A stretch of 50,149 nucleotides of DNA, taken from a virus (Duplodnaviria > Caudoviricetes). Shown piece after piece: positions 1 to 8,456 of this stretch. The notes beneath the pieces are model-generated. The model was not told where the DNA came from. It saw only the letters and a program-made list of their open reading frames with translations, and did no database searches. The stretch lies in the IMG/VR virus record IMGVR_UViG_3300037478_000329, positions 1 to 50,149 of that record; one strand, given 5' to 3'. A program made the position numbers and the translations under genes. Numbering within the stretch: position 1 is the first letter of the stretch; each line of letters begins with the position of its first letter.

Positions 1-32
1 TCGGTTGTGCCGACCGATCGCCCGGGCTGGGT

Positions 33-277
33 CTCGCAACGGTACCGCGGAGTGCATGCCGGTGAGGGTCGCCCATGCAATACCTCGCGAGCACGGACTT
101 CGCGGCTCGCAACGGTACCGCGGAGTGCATGCCGGTGAGGGTGCGCCCAGCGACGGTTCCACGTCCGCGGCTCGCAACGGTACCGCGGAGTGCATGCCGG
201 TGAGGGGTCGACGCCTTGGCCATCGCAGGCGACCCCACCCTCTCGCAACGGTACCGCGGAGTGCATGCCGGTGAGGG
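33..277. CRISPR. CRISPR mini-array, part 2 (continues from the window end across the circular junction)
   Basis: Identical 36-bp repeat CTCGCAACGGTACCGCGGAGTGCATGCCGGTGAGGG at 33-68, 106-141, 171-206 and 242-277; unique spacers of 37, 29 and 35 bp. Confidence 0.9.
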
Positions 278-2145
278 TGTTCTCACTAGACTGCGAGACC
301 TTCCCCGTCACCGAACGCGAGCCGGTCCCCCGCCTCGTGTCGGTCGCCGTGGCGCATGCGGGCGGGGCGGAGGTGTACCACCGCGAAGATCCGAACCTCG
401 AAGCGATCGTGCGGCACGTGCTCGCGACCGGGATCATCGGAGCAAATCTCACGTTTGACATCACGGTCCTATTGCGACAGTTCCCCGGCTTGCTCCCCGA
501 CGTCATCGCGGCCGGGGACGCGTTCCGCCTGCATGACGTGATCCTCCGCGACCTGCACATCGACATCGCGCTGGGGGAGAACTCGCCCGATCGGGCGTAC
601 ACGCTCGCCGCCATCGTCGAGCGCCGGTGCTCGCACGTGCTGCCGAAGGCGGACACGTGGCGCCTACGGTACGCGGAACTCGATCGGGTGCCGATCTCGC
701 AGTGGCCCGCGGAGGCGTATCAGTACGCCCGCGACGATGCCGTGTGGACGCTCCGAGCCTTCGAGGCGCAGGAGCCGTTCCGCGACTACATCACGCCCGC
801 GCAGGAGAACGCCCGCTTTGACTTGACGCTGTTCTGCCAAACGCTCCGGGGGATCCACACCGATCAGGCGTGGGTCGAGCGCCTCGACCAGCGCTTCCTG
901 CGAGAACTCGACACGCTCGCGACCTTGTGCATGGCCTCCGGGCTCGCGAAGTACAAGCACAAGAAGAAACGCCCGTCGCCGATCCAATGCTGCACGAAGG
1001 CTGCGCAGGCGATGCTTGCGGACCTCGCCGCGAAGGGGCAGGCTAAGGTGCAGTATACGGACCCGACCGACTCGCACCCGAACGGCCAGGTCTGCTTGTC
1101 GTCGGAGGCGTTGGAGAACGCCGGCTTTACTCCGGGGCGCTACCCTCCGGGGCACGACCTCGCGGGGCAACTGAAGCCGGAGATGCATCCGCTCGAAGCA
1201 TATCGCTTGCTCAAGTCCACGCGCACGCGTCACAGCAAGATCGTTCCCGTGCTCCGGCACCCGATCGTCCGCACGAACTACCGCGCGTGCGTCGACTCGG
1301 GGCGCACCGCGTCGCGCGGGTTCAAAGCGGACGGGCTCTATGGATTCTGGGCGCCGTCGTCCACGAACCTGCAGAACCAGGAGCGGGACGAGTTGATCCG
1401 CGGGTGCTTGATCCCGCCGCCCGGCTGCGAGTTCGTGATCTCCGACTTCGGTATGCTTGAACTCGTGACGCTCGCGCAGGTCGAGCTGGACATATGCGGA
1501 CGCTCCGCGCTCGCGGACGCCTTGAACGCCGGGATCGACGTGCATGCGCAGTTTGGCTGCGATATGATCGGGATCGACCTCGCGGACTACAGCAAAAAAC
1601 AGCACGGGTATGCACGCTCGGGGGGCAAGGCATGGAACTTCGGCAAGCCGGGCGGGATGGGTCAAGCGCGGTTCATCGCGTGGGCTCGCAAAGTGTACGG
1701 GGTCGAGCTCACGCCCGACGAAGAGAAGCGACACACCGCGCGGTGGCACGCACGCTACCCCGAGCACCGCTTGTTCTGGGACTGGGTCCGGACATACGAG
1801 CGGGACGGACGCTACACGATCCGGGTCACCCGCTGTGATCACGTGCGCGGGGGCATGCGCTTCCCGGACGCATGCAATACGAACTTCCAAACGCTCGGGG
1901 CGTACGTCGCGAAGCGGGCGGGTTGGAAGTTGTTCCGCGCCTCGTTCGATCCCGCCTCGCCGCTGTTCGGGACCTACCAGTGGATCTTCGTACACGACGA
2001 GTTCGGGACGGTCTGCCCGATCGGACGCGGGGCGGAGGTCGCGGCAGAGCAGGAGCGTTTGATGATCGAGGCGGCGGGGGAACTCTGCCCCGACGTGCGG
2101 ATCGGAGTCGAGACGGTGATCAGTGATCGGGGGGCGAAGCCTTGA
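271..2145 (+). CDS. polA: Family A DNA polymerase with 3'-5' exonuclease domain
   Basis: ExoI LDCETF, ExoII GANLTFD, ExoIII YARDDA; NLQN; motif A SDFGMLEL, motif B RSGGKAWNFG, motif C VHDE. Start placed at GTG 271 (GGAG at 258-261); alternatives are ATG 265 and GTG 277. Confidence 0.93.
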   Translation: MRVFSLDCETFPVTEREPVPRLVSVAVAHAGGAEVYHREDPNLEAIVRHVLATGIIGANLTFDITVLLRQFPGLLPDVIAAGDAFRLHDVILRDLHIDIALGENSPDRAYTLAAIVERRCSHVLPKADTWRLRYAELDRVPISQWPAEAYQYARDDAVWTLRAFEAQEPFRDYITPAQENARFDLTLFCQTLRGIHTDQAWVERLDQRFLRELDTLATLCMASGLAKYKHKKKRPSPIQCCTKAAQAMLADLAAKGQAKVQYTDPTDSHPNGQVCLSSEALENAGFTPGRYPPGHDLAGQLKPEMHPLEAYRLLKSTRTRHSKIVPVLRHPIVRTNYRACVDSGRTASRGFKADGLYGFWAPSSTNLQNQERDELIRGCLIPPPGCEFVISDFGMLELVTLAQVELDICGRSALADALNAGIDVHAQFGCDMIGIDLADYSKKQHGYARSGGKAWNFGKPGGMGQARFIAWARKVYGVELTPDEEKRHTARWHARYPEHRLFWDWVRTYERDGRYTIRVTRCDHVRGGMRFPDACNTNFQTLGAYVAKRAGWKLFRASFDPASPLFGTYQWIFVHDEFGTVCPIGRGAEVAAEQERLMIEAAGELCPDVRIGVETVISDRGAKP

Positions 2146-2369
2146 ACGAATGGCAAATATACCGGCAGGACTGTGAGCGCGTGCGGGCTCGCCTCGAAGC
2201 GCTCGGACTCACGGGGGCGGACGTGTGGGAACTGGCGGACGCTGCCGCTTCGAGACTCGAACGGCTGCACGCGCTTGCGATCCCGCTTACGCGTGCGGGT
2301 CTGCTCGAAGCGGGTGGCGATCCGCTCGAAGCGCTTGAGGCGGGCATGCTAAAATCGGGGGCAGAATGA
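2142..2369 (+). CDS. hypothetical protein
   Basis: 4-bp overlap with the polA stop and with the next gene; helical composition. Confidence 0.65.
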   Translation: MNEWQIYRQDCERVRARLEALGLTGADVWELADAAASRLERLHALAIPLTRAGLLEAGGDPLEALEAGMLKSGAE

Positions 2370-2674
2370 GACCGTACAAGCTTCCCACGTTGTCCTCGAC
2401 CCCCGTGCAGTTCCTTGCCGCGCAGGCGGAGATCGGCATCATCGCGGTATACAACCCGAACTCGACCACCGCCTACCTCAAAATCTACTTTGGCGAGGAC
2501 GCGCCCGACGTCGAGAACGACACGCCCGATCTTGCGTACGCGTGTCCGCAGGACTTGAGCCAGCACGTTTTGTTCGCCATGGTCCCCGGGCCGTGCTTCG
2601 TCGCGGTCGCGGACGAGGTCGGCGCGGGGGATACCGACCCGACGCTCGCGCTCACGGGGACGTACACTCGATGA
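2366..2674 (+). CDS. hypothetical protein (beta-rich, possibly virion-associated)
   Basis: ATGA overlaps on both sides; beta-strand-like composition. Confidence 0.7.
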   Translation: MRPYKLPTLSSTPVQFLAAQAEIGIIAVYNPNSTTAYLKIYFGEDAPDVENDTPDLAYACPQDLSQHVLFAMVPGPCFVAVADEVGAGDTDPTLALTGTYTR

Positions 2675-4017
2675 ACCGGCGCATGATCGCCGCGATCGCT
2701 GCGGCTTGTCAGGGCCGCCGCGCCCTCTCGCTCATCGACGCCAACGTGGTGTTTCTCGGGAGGTCGGACACGTGGGACGACTACTCGCAGTTGAGTGTCG
2801 ACCAGTCGGCGCGGGGGGTGGACCTGACAGATGCGACGACGTACGGCCACAACGCAGATCCACCGATCGTCACCACGGCATTCACCGTCGACCTGTTGTG
2901 CCTGCTCCAGACGCCGGACGACACCGTCACGGAGCGATTCGCTTTCTGCGTCCGGGCGGGGACTCTCGAATATGCGTGCGGGTTCCGGGACACGTTCACT
3001 CGCTGGCACGCTCACGGGTCGCCCCAAAGCTCGACGCTCATCAACAGTCCTAGCCTTAGCTCTACGCCGCAACGCTACCTTGTGACACTTACGGGCGAGC
3101 CGAACCCCGACACCACCGGCGCGAGCGATGCCCTACTAATCACGCAGCGCGTATGGAACACGGAGACCGAAGAGTACGTGGAGGCATCCGTCGCCGTCGC
3201 CAATCTGGATGAGGCCGACCAGACAACACTGACTGTGGGAGCGCTGAACGTGGGGGGCCAAAACCTGTTCTCCGATGACGCGAACCCCAACCGCATCCGC
3301 CATTGCAGAATCTCCAATGTCGCCCGCTCCCGTGAAGAGCTAGAGGCACTAATCCCGTTGATTACCGCCGGGGAGACCCTGCTGACCGACGGCCTCGTGT
3401 TCGACCCGTCGCTCGACACGTTGCTCGACCCGGTGAGCGGGCTGCAGGGCACCGCGGACGGGACGACGTACGACTCTGATCTTGATGCGCGGCTGTTCAA
3501 CGGCACGACCGACCGGCTGGATTGGGCGAGTCCTCGCGACATCAGCGGAGAGCCGTTCACGTTCGCGGCGTGGGTGCTTATCGACACGCTTTCTGCGAGC
3601 GCGACGATCTTCGACATCCACCAGGACGGATCTCCAGGAGACCGCCTAGACTTCTTCGTTGACACCACGAGCCGCCTGACACTCTCACATGCACGGGCGA
3701 CGCTGTCCCTCTTCAAGCGCACCGAGGCGGCGACCTTCACCTCGTGGGCGCACGTCGTTCTAACGATGGACGGGACGGCCACGGACGAGGGAGTGCACCT
3801 CTACGTTGACGGTGTCGAGCCGGCCATCAACTTTGAGCGAGACGGCTCGGGCGATCCTTCACTGCTGGACGGGGTCTGGTCACTAGGTGGTCGCGTCAGC
3901 GTTGACAACCTGAACGTCGAAGGAGCCATCGCCCGCGAGGTCAAGGCATGGTCCCGCGTGCTCAGCCCGCAAGAGGTCGCGGCGTATTACGCCTCACTCA
4001 CGGCGCCGGACGCATAG
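2671..4017 (+). CDS. LamG/concanavalin A-like lectin-domain protein (possible receptor-binding or virion protein)
   Basis: C-terminal LamG pattern FNGTTDRL..FTFAAWV..WAHVVLT..LYVDG..WSRVLSPQEVAAYY; ATG 2671 overlaps the upstream stop. Confidence 0.8.
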   Translation: MNRRMIAAIAAACQGRRALSLIDANVVFLGRSDTWDDYSQLSVDQSARGVDLTDATTYGHNADPPIVTTAFTVDLLCLLQTPDDTVTERFAFCVRAGTLEYACGFRDTFTRWHAHGSPQSSTLINSPSLSSTPQRYLVTLTGEPNPDTTGASDALLITQRVWNTETEEYVEASVAVANLDEADQTTLTVGALNVGGQNLFSDDANPNRIRHCRISNVARSREELEALIPLITAGETLLTDGLVFDPSLDTLLDPVSGLQGTADGTTYDSDLDARLFNGTTDRLDWASPRDISGEPFTFAAWVLIDTLSASATIFDIHQDGSPGDRLDFFVDTTSRLTLSHARATLSLFKRTEAATFTSWAHVVLTMDGTATDEGVHLYVDGVEPAINFERDGSGDPSLLDGVWSLGGRVSVDNLNVEGAIAREVKAWSRVLSPQEVAAYYASLTAPDA

Positions 4018-4020
4018 CCT

Positions 4021-4188
4021 ATGACCCAGCCCACCAGTCCAATCGGCACGCGCTATCCATGCCCGACCTGCGGTGGATCAGGTGTTGACTCCGACGGCGA
4101 AACCTGCGAACGGTGTATCGGACGCGGGCATGTTTGGACCCGCACCGACGCCGCCCCCGACGGGGCGAGGAAAGAACGGCGCGGATGA
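4021..4188 (+). CDS. 55-aa DnaJ-type zinc-finger microprotein (not in the ORF track)
   Basis: Hand translation MTQPTSPIGTRYPCPTCGGSGVDSDGETCERCIGRGHVW...; two CxxCxGxG motifs; its TGA overlaps the next ATG. Confidence 0.75.
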   Translation: MTQPTSPIGTRYPCPTCGGSGVDSDGETCERCIGRGHVWTRTDAAPDGARKERRG

Positions 4189-4838
4189 CAGCACTCAAGA
4201 AAACGAGCACCGAACCTGCGGAACTCTTCGCGTCCTACCAGGACGCGCTCGCGGCAAGCGACGCCGCCTTGACCGACGCGAAGGCGGCCGCGGACCAGTT
4301 GCTCGCCGCGCGCGTGACCACGGACGAGCAGGCGTCCTGGGCGTCGACGGTTGGGCACCAGGTCGCCGCCGTCCGCAAGGCGCTCGAATCGAAGCGGGAC
4401 ACCGCCAAGCGCCCGTGGTATGACGCATACCAGACGATCCAAAAGTCCGCGAAGCCTGCGGTCGACCTGCTCACGCAGATCGAACGACACCTCAAGTCGG
4501 AGATCGGCGCGCACGAATGCCGCAAGGCGGAGCTGCAAGCACTCGCGATGCCGGAGGCCACGAGTCGCGAAGAGATCGCAGCCGCCGCCGCCATCATGTC
4601 GCCCGCCCCCGAAGGCGTGCAGGTCCGCGAGCGGTGGATCTGGGAAGCAGCGGACGGCGGACACACGAACCTCGACCGCGCGACGGCACTCCTGCGCGGG
4701 CTCGACATCCCGGACATGTACTGGGTACTTGACAAGCCGGTGATCGATCGGCTCGTGAAAGCACATAAGGGTAATCTTTCCGAAGTCATTCCCGGGTTGC
4801 GCGGCAAGCTCGACCCCACGATCGCGTTCACATCATGA
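4185..4838 (+). CDS. coiled-coil phage protein
   Basis: Long amphipathic helices (RKALESKRDTAKRPWYDAYQTIQ); ATGA-coupled to its neighbours. Confidence 0.7.
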   Translation: MTALKKTSTEPAELFASYQDALAASDAALTDAKAAADQLLAARVTTDEQASWASTVGHQVAAVRKALESKRDTAKRPWYDAYQTIQKSAKPAVDLLTQIERHLKSEIGAHECRKAELQALAMPEATSREEIAAAAAIMSPAPEGVQVRERWIWEAADGGHTNLDRATALLRGLDIPDMYWVLDKPVIDRLVKAHKGNLSEVIPGLRGKLDPTIAFTS

Positions 4839-5128
4839 GCCAAGCAAAAAAGAAAACGATCCCCCGCAAGCGTTTCGCCAAACCGTCGGCCGCGGACCTG
4901 CTTGACAAGCACGCCGCCAAGCTCACCGGACGTACCGGCCCGAAAACGGAGCCGTTCCCCGACGACGTCATCGCGGTGATCGATGAAGCGAACCGGCGCC
5001 GCCTGCAGGGGGAGCGCATCGCGCTGCAGTCGCTCGCCCGCTTGATCGTCGACGAGTTCAAGCTCACCTTTTCAGTCAATCATGTGGCGCTGCGGATCAA
5101 GCAGCATGTAGGACGCACGTCATGGTAA
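4835..5128 (+). CDS. small basic, putative DNA-binding protein
   Basis: Lys/Arg-rich N-terminus and HTH-like C-terminus; operon packing. Confidence 0.65.
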   Translation: MSQAKKKTIPRKRFAKPSAADLLDKHAAKLTGRTGPKTEPFPDDVIAVIDEANRRRLQGERIALQSLARLIVDEFKLTFSVNHVALRIKQHVGRTSW

Positions 5129-6228
5129 GCAAACGCAAGATCGATAGCCTGCTCGCGCGGGCGGCAGCGGACACGGCTGCGGACGACGCGGACGAGCGCG
5201 AGCGCAAGCTGCGGCTCGCGTGCGAAGAAGCAAAGCGGGCGGCGATCCGGCTCGATGCACAGCGACGCATCGCGGAGGCGGAGGCCGCCGAAGCACGCGA
5301 AGCGCTCGCCGCCTCGGTCGGCGCACAGGAGCGCTGGAAACCGCTCAAGGTGCGCCCGCGTGAGAAGTCATCCCGCGTGCACGAGGCGACCGCCGTCCTA
5401 CTCTATTCCGATCTGCACCCCGACGAAACGGTGACCCCGGGGACCGTGTCGGACCTGAACGAGTTCAATCCCGACGTCGCCCGGTTCCGAAACAAGGAAC
5501 TCGCCGCGGCGGCGCGGTGGAACCTCGAAGCGATCCGCGAGCACGAGGGGCGGGCGGGGTATAAAATCCGGGACTTCATCCTGGCCATGCTCGGGGACAT
5601 GATCACGAACACGATCCATCCCGAACTACAAGAGTCGAACTCCATGATGCCCGCGGATGCGCTGGTCTTCGTCGAGCAGCTTTGCTGCGAGCAGATCGAT
5701 TCACTGCTCGCGGACCAGGACGTCGAGCGGATCTTGATCCCGTGCTGCCACGGTAATCACGATCGGATGACGGTGAAGATCCGCCACCAGACGAAGGCGG
5801 GGAACTCACTCGCATGGATCCTGTATCACCATCTTGCGATGCGGTATCGCGACGAACCACGCGTGCAGTTCGACATTGCGCAAGGGAACATGATCTACAC
5901 CGACGTCTATGGACGGGCGATCCGATGGACGCACGGTGATGACGTTCGCTATGCCGGAGGCGTCGGCGGTCTCACGATCCCGATGCGCAAAGCGATCGAC
6001 TCGTGGAACCAGTCGCACGCGGCCTGGCTCACGTGCTGCGGACATTGGCACCAGTTCATCGATCACCGCGACTTTATGGTCAACGGTTCGCTGATCGGTT
6101 ACACCGCGTTCGCGCAGGCTATCAAAGCCCGCTTCGAGCCGGCCAGCCAGGCGTTCTTCATCATCGACAAGGACTACGGCAAGGGTTGGGCTAAGCCGAT
6201 TCAGTTGCAGGGGAAGGGGACCTGGTGA
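5122..6228 (+). CDS. calcineurin-like metallophosphoesterase with N-terminal coiled coil
   Basis: SDLH, GDMI, GNHDR, THGD and GHWH motifs. Confidence 0.88.
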   Translation: MVSKRKIDSLLARAAADTAADDADERERKLRLACEEAKRAAIRLDAQRRIAEAEAAEAREALAASVGAQERWKPLKVRPREKSSRVHEATAVLLYSDLHPDETVTPGTVSDLNEFNPDVARFRNKELAAAARWNLEAIREHEGRAGYKIRDFILAMLGDMITNTIHPELQESNSMMPADALVFVEQLCCEQIDSLLADQDVERILIPCCHGNHDRMTVKIRHQTKAGNSLAWILYHHLAMRYRDEPRVQFDIAQGNMIYTDVYGRAIRWTHGDDVRYAGGVGGLTIPMRKAIDSWNQSHAAWLTCCGHWHQFIDHRDFMVNGSLIGYTAFAQAIKARFEPASQAFFIIDKDYGKGWAKPIQLQGKGTW

Positions 6229-6641
6229 TGAACGTCTACCTATGCGGACGCTACGCGCTCCGCAAGCAGCTCCGCAAGTGTGCGGTCGAACTCGAAGATG
6301 CGGGCCACACCTGCACCTCGACCTGGCTGCACGCGGACGGCTCGCTCGAAGTCGAGGCCAAGCAGGACGTCGCGGACATCTTGCGATCGGACGTGCTGAT
6401 CCAGTTCACCGATGCGGACGTCGAGACCTCGCCGCACCCGCACGCCGCCCGCGGCGGTCGGCATTGGGAGCAAGGCTTCGCCTACGCGCGCGGGTTGTTC
6501 TGCATGATCGTCGGACCGCGGGAGAACATCTTCCATCACCTGCCGGAGATCTCCGTGTCGGACGACTGGCCGCAGGCGCTCGCGTGGGTGAACGAGACGC
6601 AAGCATGGCTCGACCTGTCGGACGAGGACGATGTTGCGTGA
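6225..6641 (+). CDS. nucleoside 2-deoxyribosyltransferase-like protein
   Basis: VYLCGRY..DVADILRSDVLI..GGRHWEQGFAYARG pattern. Confidence 0.75.
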   Translation: MMNVYLCGRYALRKQLRKCAVELEDAGHTCTSTWLHADGSLEVEAKQDVADILRSDVLIQFTDADVETSPHPHAARGGRHWEQGFAYARGLFCMIVGPRENIFHHLPEISVSDDWPQALAWVNETQAWLDLSDEDDVA

Positions 6642-6942
6642 TGCGGATGCCGCAACCCTGCGGCGCTGGGGTAGGAAGATCCGCACGCTCTGCCCGCTCG
6701 ACAAGCCGGTCCGGATCCGCCGGGTGACCGGCCCCGACTGCGGACTGTGTTGGGACTTCCCGGATCATTATCTGATCCACTTGAACCGCGACCTGTGTCG
6801 CCAGGCGACGTGGGACACCTTGATCCATGAATGGTGTCACCTCATGCGAGGTGAGTTCGAGAACGACCCGGAAGGGTTGCACGACGATACATTCTGGATT
6901 TTATACGGCTCGATCTATCGCGCTTGGGATCGTGAGAAGTGA
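6631..6942 (+). CDS. small HExxH zinc metallopeptidase-like protein
   Basis: DTLIHEWCH plus a downstream H (LHDDTFW). Confidence 0.7.
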   Translation: MLRDADAATLRRWGRKIRTLCPLDKPVRIRRVTGPDCGLCWDFPDHYLIHLNRDLCRQATWDTLIHEWCHLMRGEFENDPEGLHDDTFWILYGSIYRAWDREK

Positions 6943-7511
6943 GTAACATCCTGGTCCGCCTCGTGCGGAGAAAGCAAGACATGGCCCCCGATCAACGAAC
7001 CTACGGCGCGCCGATCAAGCCGGCGCATCACGACGCCCCCTGGTGGTACCGCCTCGCGGAGCGCTTCGCCCCCGGACGATGTCGCGAGATCCCCGAAGCG
7101 CAGAACCCCGATCGGATCGTCCTGCGGCAGGTCGCGATCATCAAGCGCTACGTGTACCTGCAACAGTTCGCGAGCGCGGAGGATCCCCGGTACATGCATT
7201 CGCACCAGTGGCACCGGACGATCGCGCTCGGGTTGTGGGGCGCGTACGTCGAGCACCGGATCGCGGGACCTTCGAAGCGTCGGCGAGCGCCGTACTGCTA
7301 CACCATGGACGCGTCGATCGTGCACCACGTGCAGGACGTGACGCCGGGGCATACCTCGATCTTCGTCGGGCTCCGACGTGACGACGATCTCAAGCACTAT
7401 TACGGGACGCCTGCGACGTTTGGCGCCGCGGACGTGAGCCTGGTCGACGGGCCGCAAACCTTCCGGCGACTTTGGACCGATCACATCAAGGTCATGGTAA
7501 AGCGGATATGA
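6939..7511 (+). CDS. cupin-like hypothetical protein
   Basis: HSHQW..GAYVEH..HHV cupin-like metal ligands. Confidence 0.6.
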   Translation: MSNILVRLVRRKQDMAPDQRTYGAPIKPAHHDAPWWYRLAERFAPGRCREIPEAQNPDRIVLRQVAIIKRYVYLQQFASAEDPRYMHSHQWHRTIALGLWGAYVEHRIAGPSKRRRAPYCYTMDASIVHHVQDVTPGHTSIFVGLRRDDDLKHYYGTPATFGAADVSLVDGPQTFRRLWTDHIKVMVKRI

Positions 7512-7843
7512 GTCGCCACATGAACGCCGCGGACTATCACCGCGCAGTGCTCGACCTGGAGCGACCATCGCCGCACGGGCAAGCGATGCACGCGGCACTC
7601 GGGGCCGCGAGTGAGGCGGGGGAGGTCGCGGGGTTGTTCCGCAAGGGTGAAACCGACCCGCTCGACCTGCTCGATGAATACGCGGACGTGCTGTTTTACC
7701 TCGTGCTCGGGCTCGACGCCGCCGGGTTCGACATCTCCGAAGCAATGGCGTGGAACGTCATGAAACTCGAACGCCGGCGCGAGCACGGCAAGGACAAGGC
7801 GGCCGAACGGCTGTTACTGGAGTCGATCTATGGTGAAAAGTGA
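7508..7843 (+). CDS. mazG: MazG-like nucleotide pyrophosphohydrolase
   Basis: ALGAASEAGEV..LLDEYADVLFY..NVMKLERR. Confidence 0.85.
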   Translation: MSRHMNAADYHRAVLDLERPSPHGQAMHAALGAASEAGEVAGLFRKGETDPLDLLDEYADVLFYLVLGLDAAGFDISEAMAWNVMKLERRREHGKDKAAERLLLESIYGEK

Positions 7844-8456
7844 AGCAGAGATCAACGCAGAAAAGGCGGGCAAGCTTGCCCTGGACCTCGTTCCCCCCGA
7901 GTTCGCGGAGGCGGCCGCGGAGGCGTTCGCGTACGGCGAAGGGAAGCACGGCCTGGCGGACAACGGACGCGGCACGTACCGCGTCGCGGGCACCGAACAA
8001 GCGCGCGTGCGGACGCACGTGCAGTCCATGCTGCGGCACCTGAACGCGATCATGGCGGGCGAGCATTACGATCCCGAGTCCGGCCTGCCGCACTGGTCGT
8101 GTTTCTCGGCGCAGGCTGCGATCGTGTTGTCGCTGATCCGCAACCCTCCGGGGGGCAAGCACGACCCCGCGGACGCGCGCTGGATCCCGCCCGCTGGGGC
8201 GGCAGATGGTGAAGACTTGTGGGAAGATGACGACGCGTGGGCGCTCCCCGACGGGTGGGCATGGTCTGCCATGGGAGTGCCGAACGATCGCACTGGCTGG
8301 TGCGCCACCGGCCCGTGCACGATCTGGGGATCGGATGCGCCTTACGGATTGGATCCGTATCATGTGTTTCCGGAAGACCCGCCCGAATCGGATCCCGTCG
8401 CGGAAAGTGTCCGGCTGATCGTGTGCAAGCGCAACGGGGTCGAGCCGATCGCATGA
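7830..8456 (+). CDS. DUF5664 dATP/dGTP diphosphohydrolase-domain protein
   Basis: GKLALDLVPP..AFAYGEGKHG..SMLRHL..DPESGLPHW. Confidence 0.8.
   Translation: MVKSEAEINAEKAGKLALDLVPPEFAEAAAEAFAYGEGKHGLADNGRGTYRVAGTEQARVRTHVQSMLRHLNAIMAGEHYDPESGLPHWSCFSAQAAIVLSLIRNPPGGKHDPADARWIPPAGAADGEDLWEDDDAWALPDGWAWSAMGVPNDRTGWCATGPCTIWGSDAPYGLDPYHVFPEDPPESDPVAESVRLIVCKRNGVEPIA

Noticed and set aside
69-241. Self-targeting by spacers (e.g. GTCGACGCCTTG near 29516, CCAGCGACGGTT near 28095, ACGGACTTCGC near 32675)
   Set aside because: Only 11-13 bp matches found by eye, expected by chance in GC-rich DNA; a computed alignment is needed to exclude weaker regulatory pairing.
190-270. ORF-track start of the polymerase at 190
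   Set aside because: This N-terminal extension is translated repeat and spacer sequence; the polymerase-like sequence begins at about 271-277.
7508-8456. 2-aminoadenine (Z) genome pathway
   Set aside because: MazG and DUF5664 are present, but I found no purZ-like adenylosuccinate synthetase or HD-domain dATPase.
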